Part shown: piece after piece, positions 43,922-53,193 of the stretch
How positions within the stretch are numbered: position 1 is the first letter of the stretch
Layout of the letters: each line of letters starts with the position of its first letter
Assembly (NCBI GenBank): GCA_963707025.1
Contig: CAVPOM010000006.1
Span: 448,001-512,000, forward strand
Origin: an uncultured Verrucomicrobiae bacterium
GTDB taxonomy: Bacteria; Verrucomicrobiota; Verrucomicrobiia; Limisphaerales; Palsa-1400
DNA length: 64,000 bases
Direction of reading: 5' to 3'
The notes under the pieces: model-generated
Databases searched by the model: none
Seen by the model: the letters and a program-made list of their open reading frames with translations, nothing else
Told to the model about the DNA's origin: nothing
Made by a program: the position numbers and the translations under genes

Positions 43922-46683
43922 TTATTTTCGGGCGATGGTGAAGGAGCGGGAGCCGCCCTCCATGGGCAGCGGCACGACAACCTCCCGCCCGCCGGCCAGG
44001 TTTACGGTGGCGATGACCCCGTTGGCGTCGCGAAATGTATATGGGCCGGAAGCGGAGGCGGAGAGACGCAAAGTGGCGGTGTGCGCGGCGGGATTGCCGC
44101 TCTCCAGGGAGAAGTCCACGGACGCGAGATCGCTTTTGACAGTGATGGGCCGGGCCGCGGAGAAATGATCGTTGTCAAGAATTAAACCAAGCCGGCCATT
44201 GTCAAGCATAGCATTAAAGCGGCGGCGCACCCCGTCCTTTGGCGTCACTTCCAGAACCGCGTCCCGTTTTGCGCCAGTCGCCGCCGTAGCAGAAGCGGCC
44301 GAAAATGGGGTCGTCGGCCAGGATGGTGGCGGCGGCGCGCAGGGCGCCGCAATAGCCGAGGTCAATTTCGGAGGCGTACATCCAGGAGCCGCGATGGTGG
44401 GCCTGGCCGAGCCAGGTGGTGCCGAAGGGGGCCGGCTCGAAGCCGCCGCCGGCGCCGCCATCCTTGTCCTGGCCGGGGAACCAGTAGCCGTAATTGGATT
44501 GGGGCGTGCCGGTGTTCATCAAGGCCCAGGCGCTGAGAATGGAGGCGTAGCCGAGGCGAAGGTAGTCCGCCGGGTGGGCCGCGAAATGGAGGCCATAATC
44601 CAGCACGCTCCAGCCGCCCATCTGCGACATGTAGGTCAGGGTGTAGGAATTGCCGCCGCCGCCGCGAATGTCGCTGCCCAGCAGATAATAAGCCGGGGTC
44701 AGCCAGCCGCGGCAGAAAATGTTGGCGGCCATCTGCTTGTCCAGGAAGGCGCGGGCCTTTTCCGGGGCAACGTCCCGCATGATGTCTCCCGCTTGGGGAT
44801 CGCTGTGCAGCATGGCGTATTTGGCCAGGGCCCCGGTGGATTCAAAGCCGGTGGTGTCGAAGGCGTACTCGGACTGGAACAAATTGGCCCTTTGATTGAC
44901 AAAGTAGCGGACTTTTCCCTCCCAATAGCCGCGCAGCTTGTCCGCCTGGGCCTGCATTCCGTTGTCTTCCAATTCCCGGATGATGTCAAGTATAACCAGT
45001 TCGTTGTAAAAGCCGGTGCCGTTGAATTCCCAGCCCCGGTCCAACTCGTGGGGCACGACGACCATGGCCTCGGCGGTGCCAGAGGCGCGCTCCAGGTATT
45101 GGCGGGCGGTCAGGGCGGTCTTGATTTCCGGATGGTATCGGGCCACGCGATACATGGCCTCGTACATGACCAGGACGTGCGGATAATCGGTACTCGCGCC
45201 AGAGATGGAGCTGGCCGCGCGGCCCGGTGTTGGTGCTGTCGCGGTTTTGCTTCCAGTCCGGTATGCCGTAGATGCCGTAGGAGTAAGTCTCGTTGGTGGT
45301 GCGCTGCAGGCCGCCCCAGACGAAATGTTGCAGGTAATAATCCATGGCCTCGACCTGGCTCTGCACGGGGAAGTCGGCGTTTTTGGCGGCGAGAAAGGCG
45401 GGTTTGCACAGGCCGGGATCGTCACAGGAAACCTCGTAAATGCGGAAGCCGCGGAGCAGGTCGTAATTATCCGGCCCGAGCAGCGACAGGGTGAGCATGT
45501 TGCGGTCGGAGATGAGGCCGTTGAACCACTTGGCGGGGTCGCGGTGCTGGCTGCGGGCGATGAAGGCGGCGCGCTTGTCAATCAGAGTTTCCAGCGGCTC
45601 GGTGGAGAAGAACTCCAGATACATCAACTGGTCGCGGTCGTAGTGGATGGCCAGGCGGTTCTCGCCGAGTTTGGCAAACTTGACCTGGTAGAGGCGGCAG
45701 GGGCCCCTGGCACCGAGGGACTGGATGGCGGTGGCTTGCGGAAATTCGGCCTCGACGCCGGTGATTTTGTGTTTGGTGTTCAAGGCGAATTGGGCGAAGA
45801 GGTCCGACGGCACGGTCATGCCGGGTACGACGTGGACATCCACCTTGCCGTCGTCCACGAGGTTTTTGCGGATGGCGTCGTAATCGCCTGCCCATTGGAG
45901 TTTGAAGCCGTAGGTTTTGGAGTCGCCCGGTTGGCCGGCGGGGGAGAGGGTGAGAGAGGTGTTGGGCTGGCGCCATTGGGTGCCACCTTCCCTGGCGGCG
46001 GCGCCCGCCACCGCCGAATGAATGAAGACCTGGTATCCGCCGCCGAAACCGCCGCCGCCCGCGCCGCCGCCGCGGCCTCCCGGCTCCCAGTATTCGAGCT
46101 TGGTGTGGTCGTCGGTGGTCAGCATAAGGGAGGGACCGATCAAATCCGAGCGCATCCAGAACAGGTAGGAATCGGAACCGGAGATGAAGCTATGCTTGAG
46201 CACGACCGGGCCGGCGGGCGCGCCCCGTCGTCCGCGGGCTGCGCCCACGGTCATCGGAATGGCCAGGTCGCCGATTTCCAAGGGGGAGCCGGTCTGGTTT
46301 TGTAAAGACAGCGTCCACACGATGTCCTGGTCATGCACGGCGAAATCAACCTGGAGGACAAGGGCGGGGGCGGAGTGGTTGGTGATTTGATAAACGGCCT
46401 TGGAAAGAGTGCCATTGGTGTTGGTGGAAAAAGTTGCCGCGCCGGCGGCGGCGAGGCTGGCGGTTTGAACCCTTTCCCAATCGCCCCCCGGCAGGCGGTA
46501 TTTTATGTTCAGATCGCCCAGCCTTTGGCCGACGTAATCAGTTTGGGCGGGATCGGGGTCGTGGTCGCGCCGCAAGCTGACGATGGCGCCATCGCGGAAT
46601 TTGACATCGAACAGCGAGCTGGCGCGGGCGGGCGCAGGGAAGAGCAAGGCGGCCAGGACAAGGATGACATGCGACGTTTTCAC
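43922..46683 (-). CDS. Large secreted DUF5695-like (putative glycoside hydrolase) protein with two frameshifts (~45189, ~44265)
   Basis: Signal peptide; VPGMTVPSD, FVWGGLQRT, HLWREY|DYPHV, SEYAFDTTGFE, YMSQMGG, EVTPKDGVRRRF across three overlapping ORFs. Confidence 0.7.
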
Positions 46684-46856
46684 GGGGGGATATTAGGGGA
46701 AAATTATAAATGATAAATTATAAAATGGGGGACCGGCGAATTGAGCCAATGGCCGCCTCCTCCGCCGCCGCGGCTCCGGGGGGACACCATGGCGGATAGA
46801 ACTTGAAGGTTTTGAAATGTTGTTGGTTGCATCTGCACCCCCCAGGGGCCGGGAAC

Positions 46857-46916
46857 TGAAATTAAGTGAAACTAGGTGAAATTAGGTGAAACTAGGTGAA
46901 AATAACTGAAAATTGC
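46857..46916. repeat. 10-bp tandem repeat, 6 units (TGAAAYTAGG consensus)
   Basis: TGAAATTAAG TGAAACTAGG TGAAATTAGG TGAAACTAGG TGAAAATAAC TGAAAATTGC. Confidence 0.85.
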
Positions 46917-47002
46917 GGGTGGCTTCGAACCGCCGCCGCCGCCGGACACTTTTTGCCTCGCCCTCATAACTTAACGTAAATTAGCATTTAATTCAGGGGT
47001 GG

Positions 47003-48454
47003 TCAAGGGGAAAGCGCGATTTTTTTGGCGAAATGTGGGAGGCCTTCCAACCGGCGCATCCGGGGCGGACCGGAGGGCCAGCCTGGGGGCCCTGGGCCCG
47101 CCGCCGTCATGATGGATTGGCGCAGCCGGGAATGGCGGCACAGAGCAGCGCGGGAGGCTGTTATTTGACGTTCAACAGGCCGAATGAGAAGTTTGGCTCG
47201 AAAGCAGAACCCAAAGGGCGGCCAGGCCGCCAGCATCGCGCAGCTCAGGCGGACGGTGTAAGCGCCGGGCATGAACGGGGCGGGCAGTGTCAGGACGTTG
47301 GACACCGTTTCCCCAACGGCCAGATTGGTCCAGGCGGGCGGCAGCGCCAAGTTGGTCGTGGCAGAGGATCCGGCGGAGAAATTGTTTGGCCGCCAAAAAA
47401 GGACAGACAACCGCGCGCTCAGGGCCGGTTCGGCGGGAGGGGAGGCGGGGACGCGCGGATCGGCGGCATTGCGCCACATGCGCACGGCGATTGTGATGCG
47501 CCCGCCCGGCTTGCACTCGGACGGTTCGATCACCGGCTGGTCCAGCACCAGGCCGGGCTGTTTGCGGGACAACAGCGGGACCGACCAGTAATTGGAGGCA
47601 TTATAGTTGCGAATGGGGGTCAGGCCGCGGCTGCCCCAGGGCGTGGGCATCGTCACATAATCCGCCGCGAGCCAGGCCGGCGGTTGGAAGAGCAGTTCGC
47701 CCGTCGCGCTGGCGCCTTGGAGAACAAGCCCGTTGCCAAGCGGGGAAGGGGAGAGGATGCACTTGTTGCCGGCGCCAGGTTTGCTCAAGCCCCATTGCAC
47801 CAGTTTCTGCGGCGTGACCGCCAGCGGAGTGGATCCGAGCAATTTGTCTTTGAGATAGACCTGGGCGCCCGGCGGCGGGGAATCAATCACCAGCAAGGCG
47901 TCCTGGTCGAACAGGGGCTTTGCCCAGCGCAGGCCGGCATAAACACCTCCGGCCACCACGGCGGCCAGAAAAACGATCTCGAAAAACCCGGCCAGGCGAT
48001 CCAGCCATCGCCCGGCGCCGACCGGGTACCATTTCTTGGCCAGCACCACCCACACCAGAACGAGCAAGAGGAGCGCCCCGAAATTCACTCCGCAGCCGGT
48101 GAAAGTCAGGAGCACAGGACCGGAGAAGAGCCTGCTGCCGAACCTCATGCAGACGATGTGCAGTCCGGGTTGCCAGGTCAACGGGCCGCTGGGATCCACG
48201 ATGAGGACCGCGGCCTGGGCCAGGAGCCAGAATTGCAGCAGGGGTTTCCACCAGGCGTCGCGCAGCAGCAACATCAGCCCGGCCATCACACCCACGCCGC
48301 CGAGTGCCGGCCGGGAAAGGACCGCCCAGCCCTGTGGATAGAAGCGGGCCGAATGGATGGCCAGCCCTCCGCAGATCAGGGCGTAGCCGCCCAGCACATA
48401 ACCCGGCCACGTTCTTGGCGCCGGAACAGGGTTATCCTGTTCTTCGAGGTTCAT
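47003..48454 (-). CDS. Membrane protein with PEGA domain; true stop possibly 47161
   Basis: About 5 N-terminal TMs, IDSPPPGAQVYL...LGSTPL PEGA motif, Ig-like C-terminus. Confidence 0.7.
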   Translation of the reverse strand: MNLEEQDNPVPAPRTWPGYVLGGYALICGGLAIHSARFYPQGWAVLSRPALGGVGVMAGLMLLLRDAWWKPLLQFWLLAQAAVLIVDPSGPLTWQPGLHIVCMRFGSRLFSGPVLLTFTGCGVNFGALLLLVLVWVVLAKKWYPVGAGRWLDRLAGFFEIVFLAAVVAGGVYAGLRWAKPLFDQDALLVIDSPPPGAQVYLKDKLLGSTPLAVTPQKLVQWGLSKPGAGNKCILSPSPLGNGLVLQGASATGELLFQPPAWLAADYVTMPTPWGSRGLTPIRNYNASNYWSVPLLSRKQPGLVLDQPVIEPSECKPGGRITIAVRMWRNAADPRVPASPPAEPALSARLSVLFWRPNNFSAGSSATTNLALPPAWTNLAVGETVSNVLTLPAPFMPGAYTVRLSCAMLAAWPPFGFCFRAKLLIRPVERQITASRAALCRHSRLRQSIMTAAGPGPPGWPSGPPRMRRLEGLPHFAKKIALSP

Positions 48455-48519
48455 CGCGCTTGAGGATGCCCGGGAAATTCCAGCATGTCCATGTCATGGT
48501 AGTGCCTTAATTTCATTGT

Positions 48520-48571
48520 TGTAGTGTCGGCGCTGTGCGCCGAAGTCGAGCCACAGGCTCGACTCTACACC
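48520..48571. repeat. Inverted REP doublet (GTAG type)
   Basis: TGTAGTGTCGGCGC-TGT-GCGCCGA then GTCGAGCC-ACA-GGCTCGAC-TCTACACC. Confidence 0.7.
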
Positions 48572-48588
48572 AAATTAAGGCACTGCCC

Positions 48589-48813
48589 ATGTCATCTCCG
48601 ATCCACAAGCAGCTTGGGCCGCCGGTTTCGAACCTGGCAAAAAAGGCGGATTGCCTGGGGAACAGAGATTCTGACGCACCGATTAGCGCACCAATTTGCC
48701 GGGCCTGCGCGGATTTGCAGAAAGTCATCGAGGCTTGGCCGGAACTGAGCGAACCATTGCGCCGGGCAATTCTCGCCATTGTTCTGACGGCCACGAAGGA
48801 GGGAAGCCGGTGA
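48589..48813 (+). CDS. Small hypothetical protein (DL.KVI.AWP.L.E..R.AIL motif)
   Basis: Motif resembles short ORFs I associate with mobile-element borders in PVC bacteria; start uncertain. Confidence 0.4.
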   Translation: MSSPIHKQLGPPVSNLAKKADCLGNRDSDAPISAPICRACADLQKVIEAWPELSEPLRRAILAIVLTATKEGSR

Positions 48814-48831
48814 AAGAGACATTCTCCACGT

Positions 48832-49020
48832 TTAGGCACGCGGAGTGTTCTCCTCCTCATCCAGTGCGCGGAAAGAGGCCGCCGCCAGAGCGGCGAAATC
48901 ATCGTCCGTCAAATCATCAGACATGGGAACCTGTTCGACAATGGCGCATCGAAGCTGTTGACGTTCCTTTTCCGAGAGCTGCTCCACCTCGCCAAGAATT
49001 TGGGCGACTGCTTGTGTCAT
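48832..49020 (-). CDS. Small acidic protein, antitoxin-like (orphan)
   Basis: MTQAVAQILGEVEQLSEKERQQL resembles addiction-module components; own leaderless promoter. Confidence 0.65.
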   Translation of the reverse strand: MTQAVAQILGEVEQLSEKERQQLRCAIVEQVPMSDDLTDDDFAALAAASFRALDEEENTPRA

Positions 49021-49026
49021 GTCCTG

Positions 49027-49055
49027 AACATACAGGGACGGACAGAATTACGCAA
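49027..49055 (-). promoter_or_regulatory. Putative sigma70 promoter, leaderless
   Basis: TTGCGT-17nt-TATGTT followed 6 nt later by ATG 49020. Confidence 0.55.
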
Positions 49056-49332
49056 GCGCGGGACCACGAACAAGGGGGGCCAGTGACTCCGGAGGCGCAG
49101 GTCGGCGCGATAAGTCGAGCAGAACCGGACCGCGCGCACAACTGGGGGTTCAGGAGAGGATGGAGCCTGGGCGGTGGTGGTCGAAGGGATTGCAATTGTC
49201 GCACGGCTATGGGTAATGGGGAGTGGCCCCCCGGCGGGGTTGCTTGAAGATGATCTATGCCCGGATGAGATTGAAGGATGGACACTCAAGGATGCCTCCG
49301 CTGCGGTCTGCCGATTAACCCTGTTTATTAAT

Positions 49333-50783
49333 CACAGCCATCCCACAGGAAATTGGAAAAAAGTGTTGGCTTGACCATTTGAACCTGCCACAAGGCAGGC
49401 ATGAAAAACAAAAAAATCAAACCAACACGGTCCCGGTTTAACGTTTTGCGCCAGATTTGCAATCTCATTCCTGCGCATGAAGTCTCCAAAATAGCGCGGG
49501 AGACCGGGGCTCTGGATAAGTCGCGCACCTTCAGTCCGTGGAGTCACACGGTCAGTTTGCTGGACGCGCAACTCACCCATTGCATCGGACTCAACGATCT
49601 GTGCGACTCGCTGCAATTGCATTCCGGGCCGCTGTCCACTTTGCGCGGCGCCAGCGCCCCCAGCCGCAACGGCCTCTCCCACGCCAACCGGGAGCGTCCG
49701 GCCCAGATGGCCGAACAACTCTTCTGGCGGGTCCTGGAGCATTTGAAAGCACAGACGCCCGGCTTTGCCGCGGGCCAGCGCCGTGGCCCCGCCTTCCGTT
49801 TCAAGATGCCCATCCATGTGATTGATAGCACGACCATGGAACTGGTGGCCAACTGCCTGGACTGGGCCAAGCACCGCCGGCGCAAGGCCGCCGCCAAAAC
49901 CCATATGCGGTTGAATCTGCAGAATCTTTTGCCCGGTTTTGTCATTGTGGACACTGCCGCCGAGCACGACAACCGACGGGCGCGGGAACTGTGCGCCGAC
50001 TTGAAGAGCGGCGAAATCGCCTTGTTCGACAAGGGTTATGTGGACTTCGGCCACTTGCGGGATTTGGACGGGCGCGGGGTCTTTTGGGTGACGCGGGCCA
50101 AGGAGAACATGGGCTATGAGGTGGTGCGGAAAATGCCCGCCTCCAGAGACCCGAAGATTTTGCGCGACGAAGTGATCGTCCTGAGCAACGAGAACAAACC
50201 CGCGCCGGAGTTGATGCGCCGGGTGGTGGCGCTGGTCGAGATTGATGGAGAGGAACGGGAAATGACCTTCCTGACCAACAACCTGGAGTGGAGTCCGCGC
50301 AGCGTGGCCGACCTTTACCGCTGCCGCTGGCAGATCGAAGTCTTCTTCAAACAAATCAAGCAGACCTTGCAGTTGGCGGATTTTCTGGGCCACAACGCCA
50401 ACGCCGTGCGCTGGCAGGTGTGGACGGCGCTGTTGACCTACGTGCTGTTGCGCTACCTCAGTCACCTCTCCAACTGGGCGCACAGCTTCACCCGGCTGTT
50501 CACGATTTTGCGGGCGGCGCTCTGGGAGAAATATGATCTGCTCAATTTGCTGGCGTGCTATGGGACAGCAGGCGGCAGCTTTCGCCACTTGGCGCGGCCC
50601 GAGCAGGCGTATTTCCCCGGCTTCCAATAAAGCTATGGGACAGCACACGCGCCCAAACAGGCGCATACCACACCCAAAAGCCAAACTCGGAAAAATCAAA
50701 ATCTCATTTTACCCCGAAGACCAATTAAACCCTTGCAAATGAACAGGTCAGCACCAGACTTTTCCCCTTATGAGACGGGTGTG
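49333..50783 (+). mobile_element. IS4-family insertion sequence
   Basis: Imperfect TIRs CACAGCCATCCCACA / TATGAGACGGGTGTG; 9-bp direct repeat TTTATTAAT at 49324-49332 and 50784-50792. Confidence 0.88.
49401..50630 (+). CDS. IS4-family DDE transposase
   Basis: IDSTT, FDKGY, YRCRWQIEVFFKQIKQ (YREK signature). Confidence 0.95.
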   Translation: MKNKKIKPTRSRFNVLRQICNLIPAHEVSKIARETGALDKSRTFSPWSHTVSLLDAQLTHCIGLNDLCDSLQLHSGPLSTLRGASAPSRNGLSHANRERPAQMAEQLFWRVLEHLKAQTPGFAAGQRRGPAFRFKMPIHVIDSTTMELVANCLDWAKHRRRKAAAKTHMRLNLQNLLPGFVIVDTAAEHDNRRARELCADLKSGEIALFDKGYVDFGHLRDLDGRGVFWVTRAKENMGYEVVRKMPASRDPKILRDEVIVLSNENKPAPELMRRVVALVEIDGEEREMTFLTNNLEWSPRSVADLYRCRWQIEVFFKQIKQTLQLADFLGHNANAVRWQVWTALLTYVLLRYLSHLSNWAHSFTRLFTILRAALWEKYDLLNLLACYGTAGGSFRHLARPEQAYFPGFQ

Positions 50784-50792
50784 TTTATTAAT

Positions 50793-51485
50793 CTAATAAA
50801 TGTCCCGTGTTCTTACTGCCTTTTTTTCAGGTTGGGAATCTGGGTTAATGGTAGCTTCCCGTCCCTCGTAACGTTGCACAAGGGGAAGCTGATAGTCACC
50901 CGCAGCCCACACATACCAATGTCCACCAATCGGCTTGAAGCCGCTGATACGCCCCGTAAAAATGTTGATTTTTGGATTATAGGCGACGCCGTTCAAGTCG
51001 TGGTGCCATCCTCTGAGCAAGACGTAGAGAACGCCGTTACAGGTAACCGCGCGAAAGTCACGGTCCTTAATTACAGACCACGGCAGACCACGGATTGGCT
51101 TCATAGGATGGGTGGCAGAAAATTCTCCAAATATATCGTTGGTTGCCATGTTCCACCCATTAGTCTTAGTGAAACTCTGAACGGCGTCCATAGCATGTAA
51201 ATTCGTCAATGTTGGCGGAGGGACCTCATCCCACGCCAAACCAAATGATGGGTCAACCACAACCCGATCAAAAAGAAGCCTCATCATATTCGTGTACGAT
51301 TGATTCCGGTTTGTGGGCATATCGTTTGACTCGATCTCAGTCATGATTGTCTCCATCTGAGCCATATACCTTTGGAAGAGTTTTTCGCGCAGCAGGCCGG
51401 AGTTTGTCGCAGGGGCAGGCTGAGCATTAAGATTGATCGTGAGTGCAATGAGAATAGCCCCCAAAAAAGTGTCGGCGAGTTTCAT
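50793..51485 (-). CDS. Hypothetical secreted protein, lower GC
   Basis: 230-aa ORF with signal peptide; visibly AT-richer than its surroundings. Confidence 0.65.
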   Translation of the reverse strand: MKLADTFLGAILIALTINLNAQPAPATNSGLLREKLFQRYMAQMETIMTEIESNDMPTNRNQSYTNMMRLLFDRVVVDPSFGLAWDEVPPPTLTNLHAMDAVQSFTKTNGWNMATNDIFGEFSATHPMKPIRGLPWSVIKDRDFRAVTCNGVLYVLLRGWHHDLNGVAYNPKINIFTGRISGFKPIGGHWYVWAAGDYQLPLVQRYEGREATINPDSQPEKKAVRTRDIY

Positions 51486-52030
51486 GTGGAAAGGCTTTTA
51501 CGAACAATTGAGCTTATGCTGCCGGGTATTAAATGCAAGGCTTTTTCCGCTTCGAGGTACAGTCAAACCACGGGCGCAAATTAGAAATCTGGCACTGTTT
51601 GCCGCCCCTCGCGGCGGCTGAGAGCGAGAAATGGCAGAGTCTGATTTTTCACCCTCCGCGACAGCGGAAAGCAAATCGACACCCCAAAGGCGGTGTTCCG
51701 GTCTGTCTTTAAATTCGTGGTGGTGATGGCGGTGGATTCGATGTTGCGAAGGGCAAACAGGGCGCAAGCTGGAATCCAGCGACTTCACGACCAGGCACTT
51801 GCCGGGGCAGAGCGTTCGGGTGTTGGCATTCGGCTTGGCCTTCGGGTCTTGAGCAAGCCGGATGACGACACGGGAACACGGAGCGGAGAAATCGTCGTGT
51901 TGCCGGAAATCTGATACTGCAAGCGGATACTGTTTGCCAGTTTCCGGGCAGATTCGGGATGAATCGGGAGGAGGCAAAATGTTGTAATACCGTTTCCAGT
52001 TCGTAACAGCACTATTGCCAAGGCAATTGG

Positions 52031-52054
52031 CGGCGGTCGCAGACCGCCGCTACA
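52031..52054 (-). repeat. Solo GTAG-type REP (same family as inside the MITE)
   Basis: CGGCGGTC-GCA-GACCGCCG-CTACA. Confidence 0.75.
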
Positions 52055-52137
52055 GTGCAAAAGCAAACCGGAAAAGGTATAAGGCGTGGATAATGATGGC
52101 CGGGATGATGCGGGAGGACTCCTGATAAATAGTATTG

Positions 52138-53031
52138 TCAATTTCCAGGTTTGCTTTTTGCATCGGCCTCGTAATCGAAGGATGCTTTCGGCGCGGCCGG
52201 GTTGGCGTCGAAGGTTTCGTATTTTTCGGTGATGGAGCCTTTCATTTTTGAGCTCATGGCCTGCATGGATTTGACCATTTCCTTCATGCGGGCGATGGCT
52301 TCGGGCGTGGTTTCCTGACCGGTCATGCTGAGGGCCTTCTTGACGTCCTCGTCGGTCATTTCCGGGATCTTCATTGCGCCGCCCAGGACCAATTTTCTCT
52401 GTTTGAGGGAGTAATCCTTGGTGATCCAATAAATCATCGTTTGCCCGTTGAGATCCCCGGAAACGACGTAACAAAGATCATCGCCGATTTTTTCCTCCGG
52501 CAGCAGGGAGAGGTTCTGCAGGCTTTTCAACGCGTTGGTCTGGCGTTGGAAGAAGACCGGGGGCAGGGTGGAGGCCACACCGCCGGAAACCCCGGTGGCG
52601 GCCGCCAAAGCCATGTCCATGCCGCCCGGGATGGGCTGCTTTTTGCCGGCCAGCCAAAGGAAGTCGCCCTGGCCGCTGCACCAGGCGGCGCCTTTCTGGG
52701 TGAAACTGTCGGAAATCATTTGCGACCACTCGATGCGATACAAATCCGGCTTGGCCAGGCGGACGCTGAAGGTGGTCACTTTTCCCGCCTGGCCCGTATC
52801 ATAATTCATTTGGGCGGTTTGAGGCGCGGCGGCGGGATTTTTTCCGCCGGACGTGTCAATATCGGTAATGACCCGGCCGGTGACGGCCACGCTGGTCAGG
52901 CCGGCGTATTTGGCGGCAAATTTGGCCATGATGTCCGGGGCGGTTGGGACGGCGGCTGGCTGAGCGACGGCGACCTGGCCAAACCAGGCGCCACCCAAAA
53001 TGAGGAGCGCGAGAGCGGTTGATTTTTTCAT
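52138..53031 (-). CDS. Secreted LolA-like/DUF2092-like protein
   Basis: Signal peptide MKKSTALALLIL; FSVRLAKPDLYRIEW, EKIGDDLCYVV, YWITKD. Confidence 0.7.
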   Translation of the reverse strand: MKKSTALALLILGGAWFGQVAVAQPAAVPTAPDIMAKFAAKYAGLTSVAVTGRVITDIDTSGGKNPAAAPQTAQMNYDTGQAGKVTTFSVRLAKPDLYRIEWSQMISDSFTQKGAAWCSGQGDFLWLAGKKQPIPGGMDMALAAATGVSGGVASTLPPVFFQRQTNALKSLQNLSLLPEEKIGDDLCYVVSGDLNGQTMIYWITKDYSLKQRKLVLGGAMKIPEMTDEDVKKALSMTGQETTPEAIARMKEMVKSMQAMSSKMKGSITEKYETFDANPAAPKASFDYEADAKSKPGN

Positions 53032-53034
53032 GGG

Positions 53035-53110
53035 CTTAATCTTAAGCTTAATCCGAAGAAGATAAAGATTAAGATTAGGATTACGATTAAGATTAAGATT
53101 AAGATTAGGA
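53035..53110. repeat. TAATCT/AGATTA hexamer array with short inverted arm
   Basis: CTTAATCTTAAGCTTAATC followed by about 8 AGATTA-like units, between divergent genes. Confidence 0.85.
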
Positions 53111-53193
53111 GCGGACACCCAAGAAGTAAAGTGCGCCCCGCCAGGCGAGGCCGCGCCTGGCAGGAGGGCTGACGGTGCGGCACGTCTTTGATT

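Noticed and set aside
43715..44185. ORFs encoding NLNLNL, IKIKIK, LILILI or LRLRLR peptides
   Set aside because: Translation artefacts of the hexamer inverted repeat
46857..46916. Possible CRISPR array
   Set aside because: 10-bp units with no spacers and no cas genes
46914..46940. GGCTTCGAACC, resembling a reversed tRNA T-arm
   Set aside because: No cloverleaf, acceptor stem or anticodon arm around it
51498..51977. His-rich minus-strand ORF
   Set aside because: No motif or convincing start; none of the frames I read looked protein-like
41650..52054. Prophage or integrative element
   Set aside because: No integrase, structural genes or att-bearing tRNA; housekeeping moaDE lie within the span
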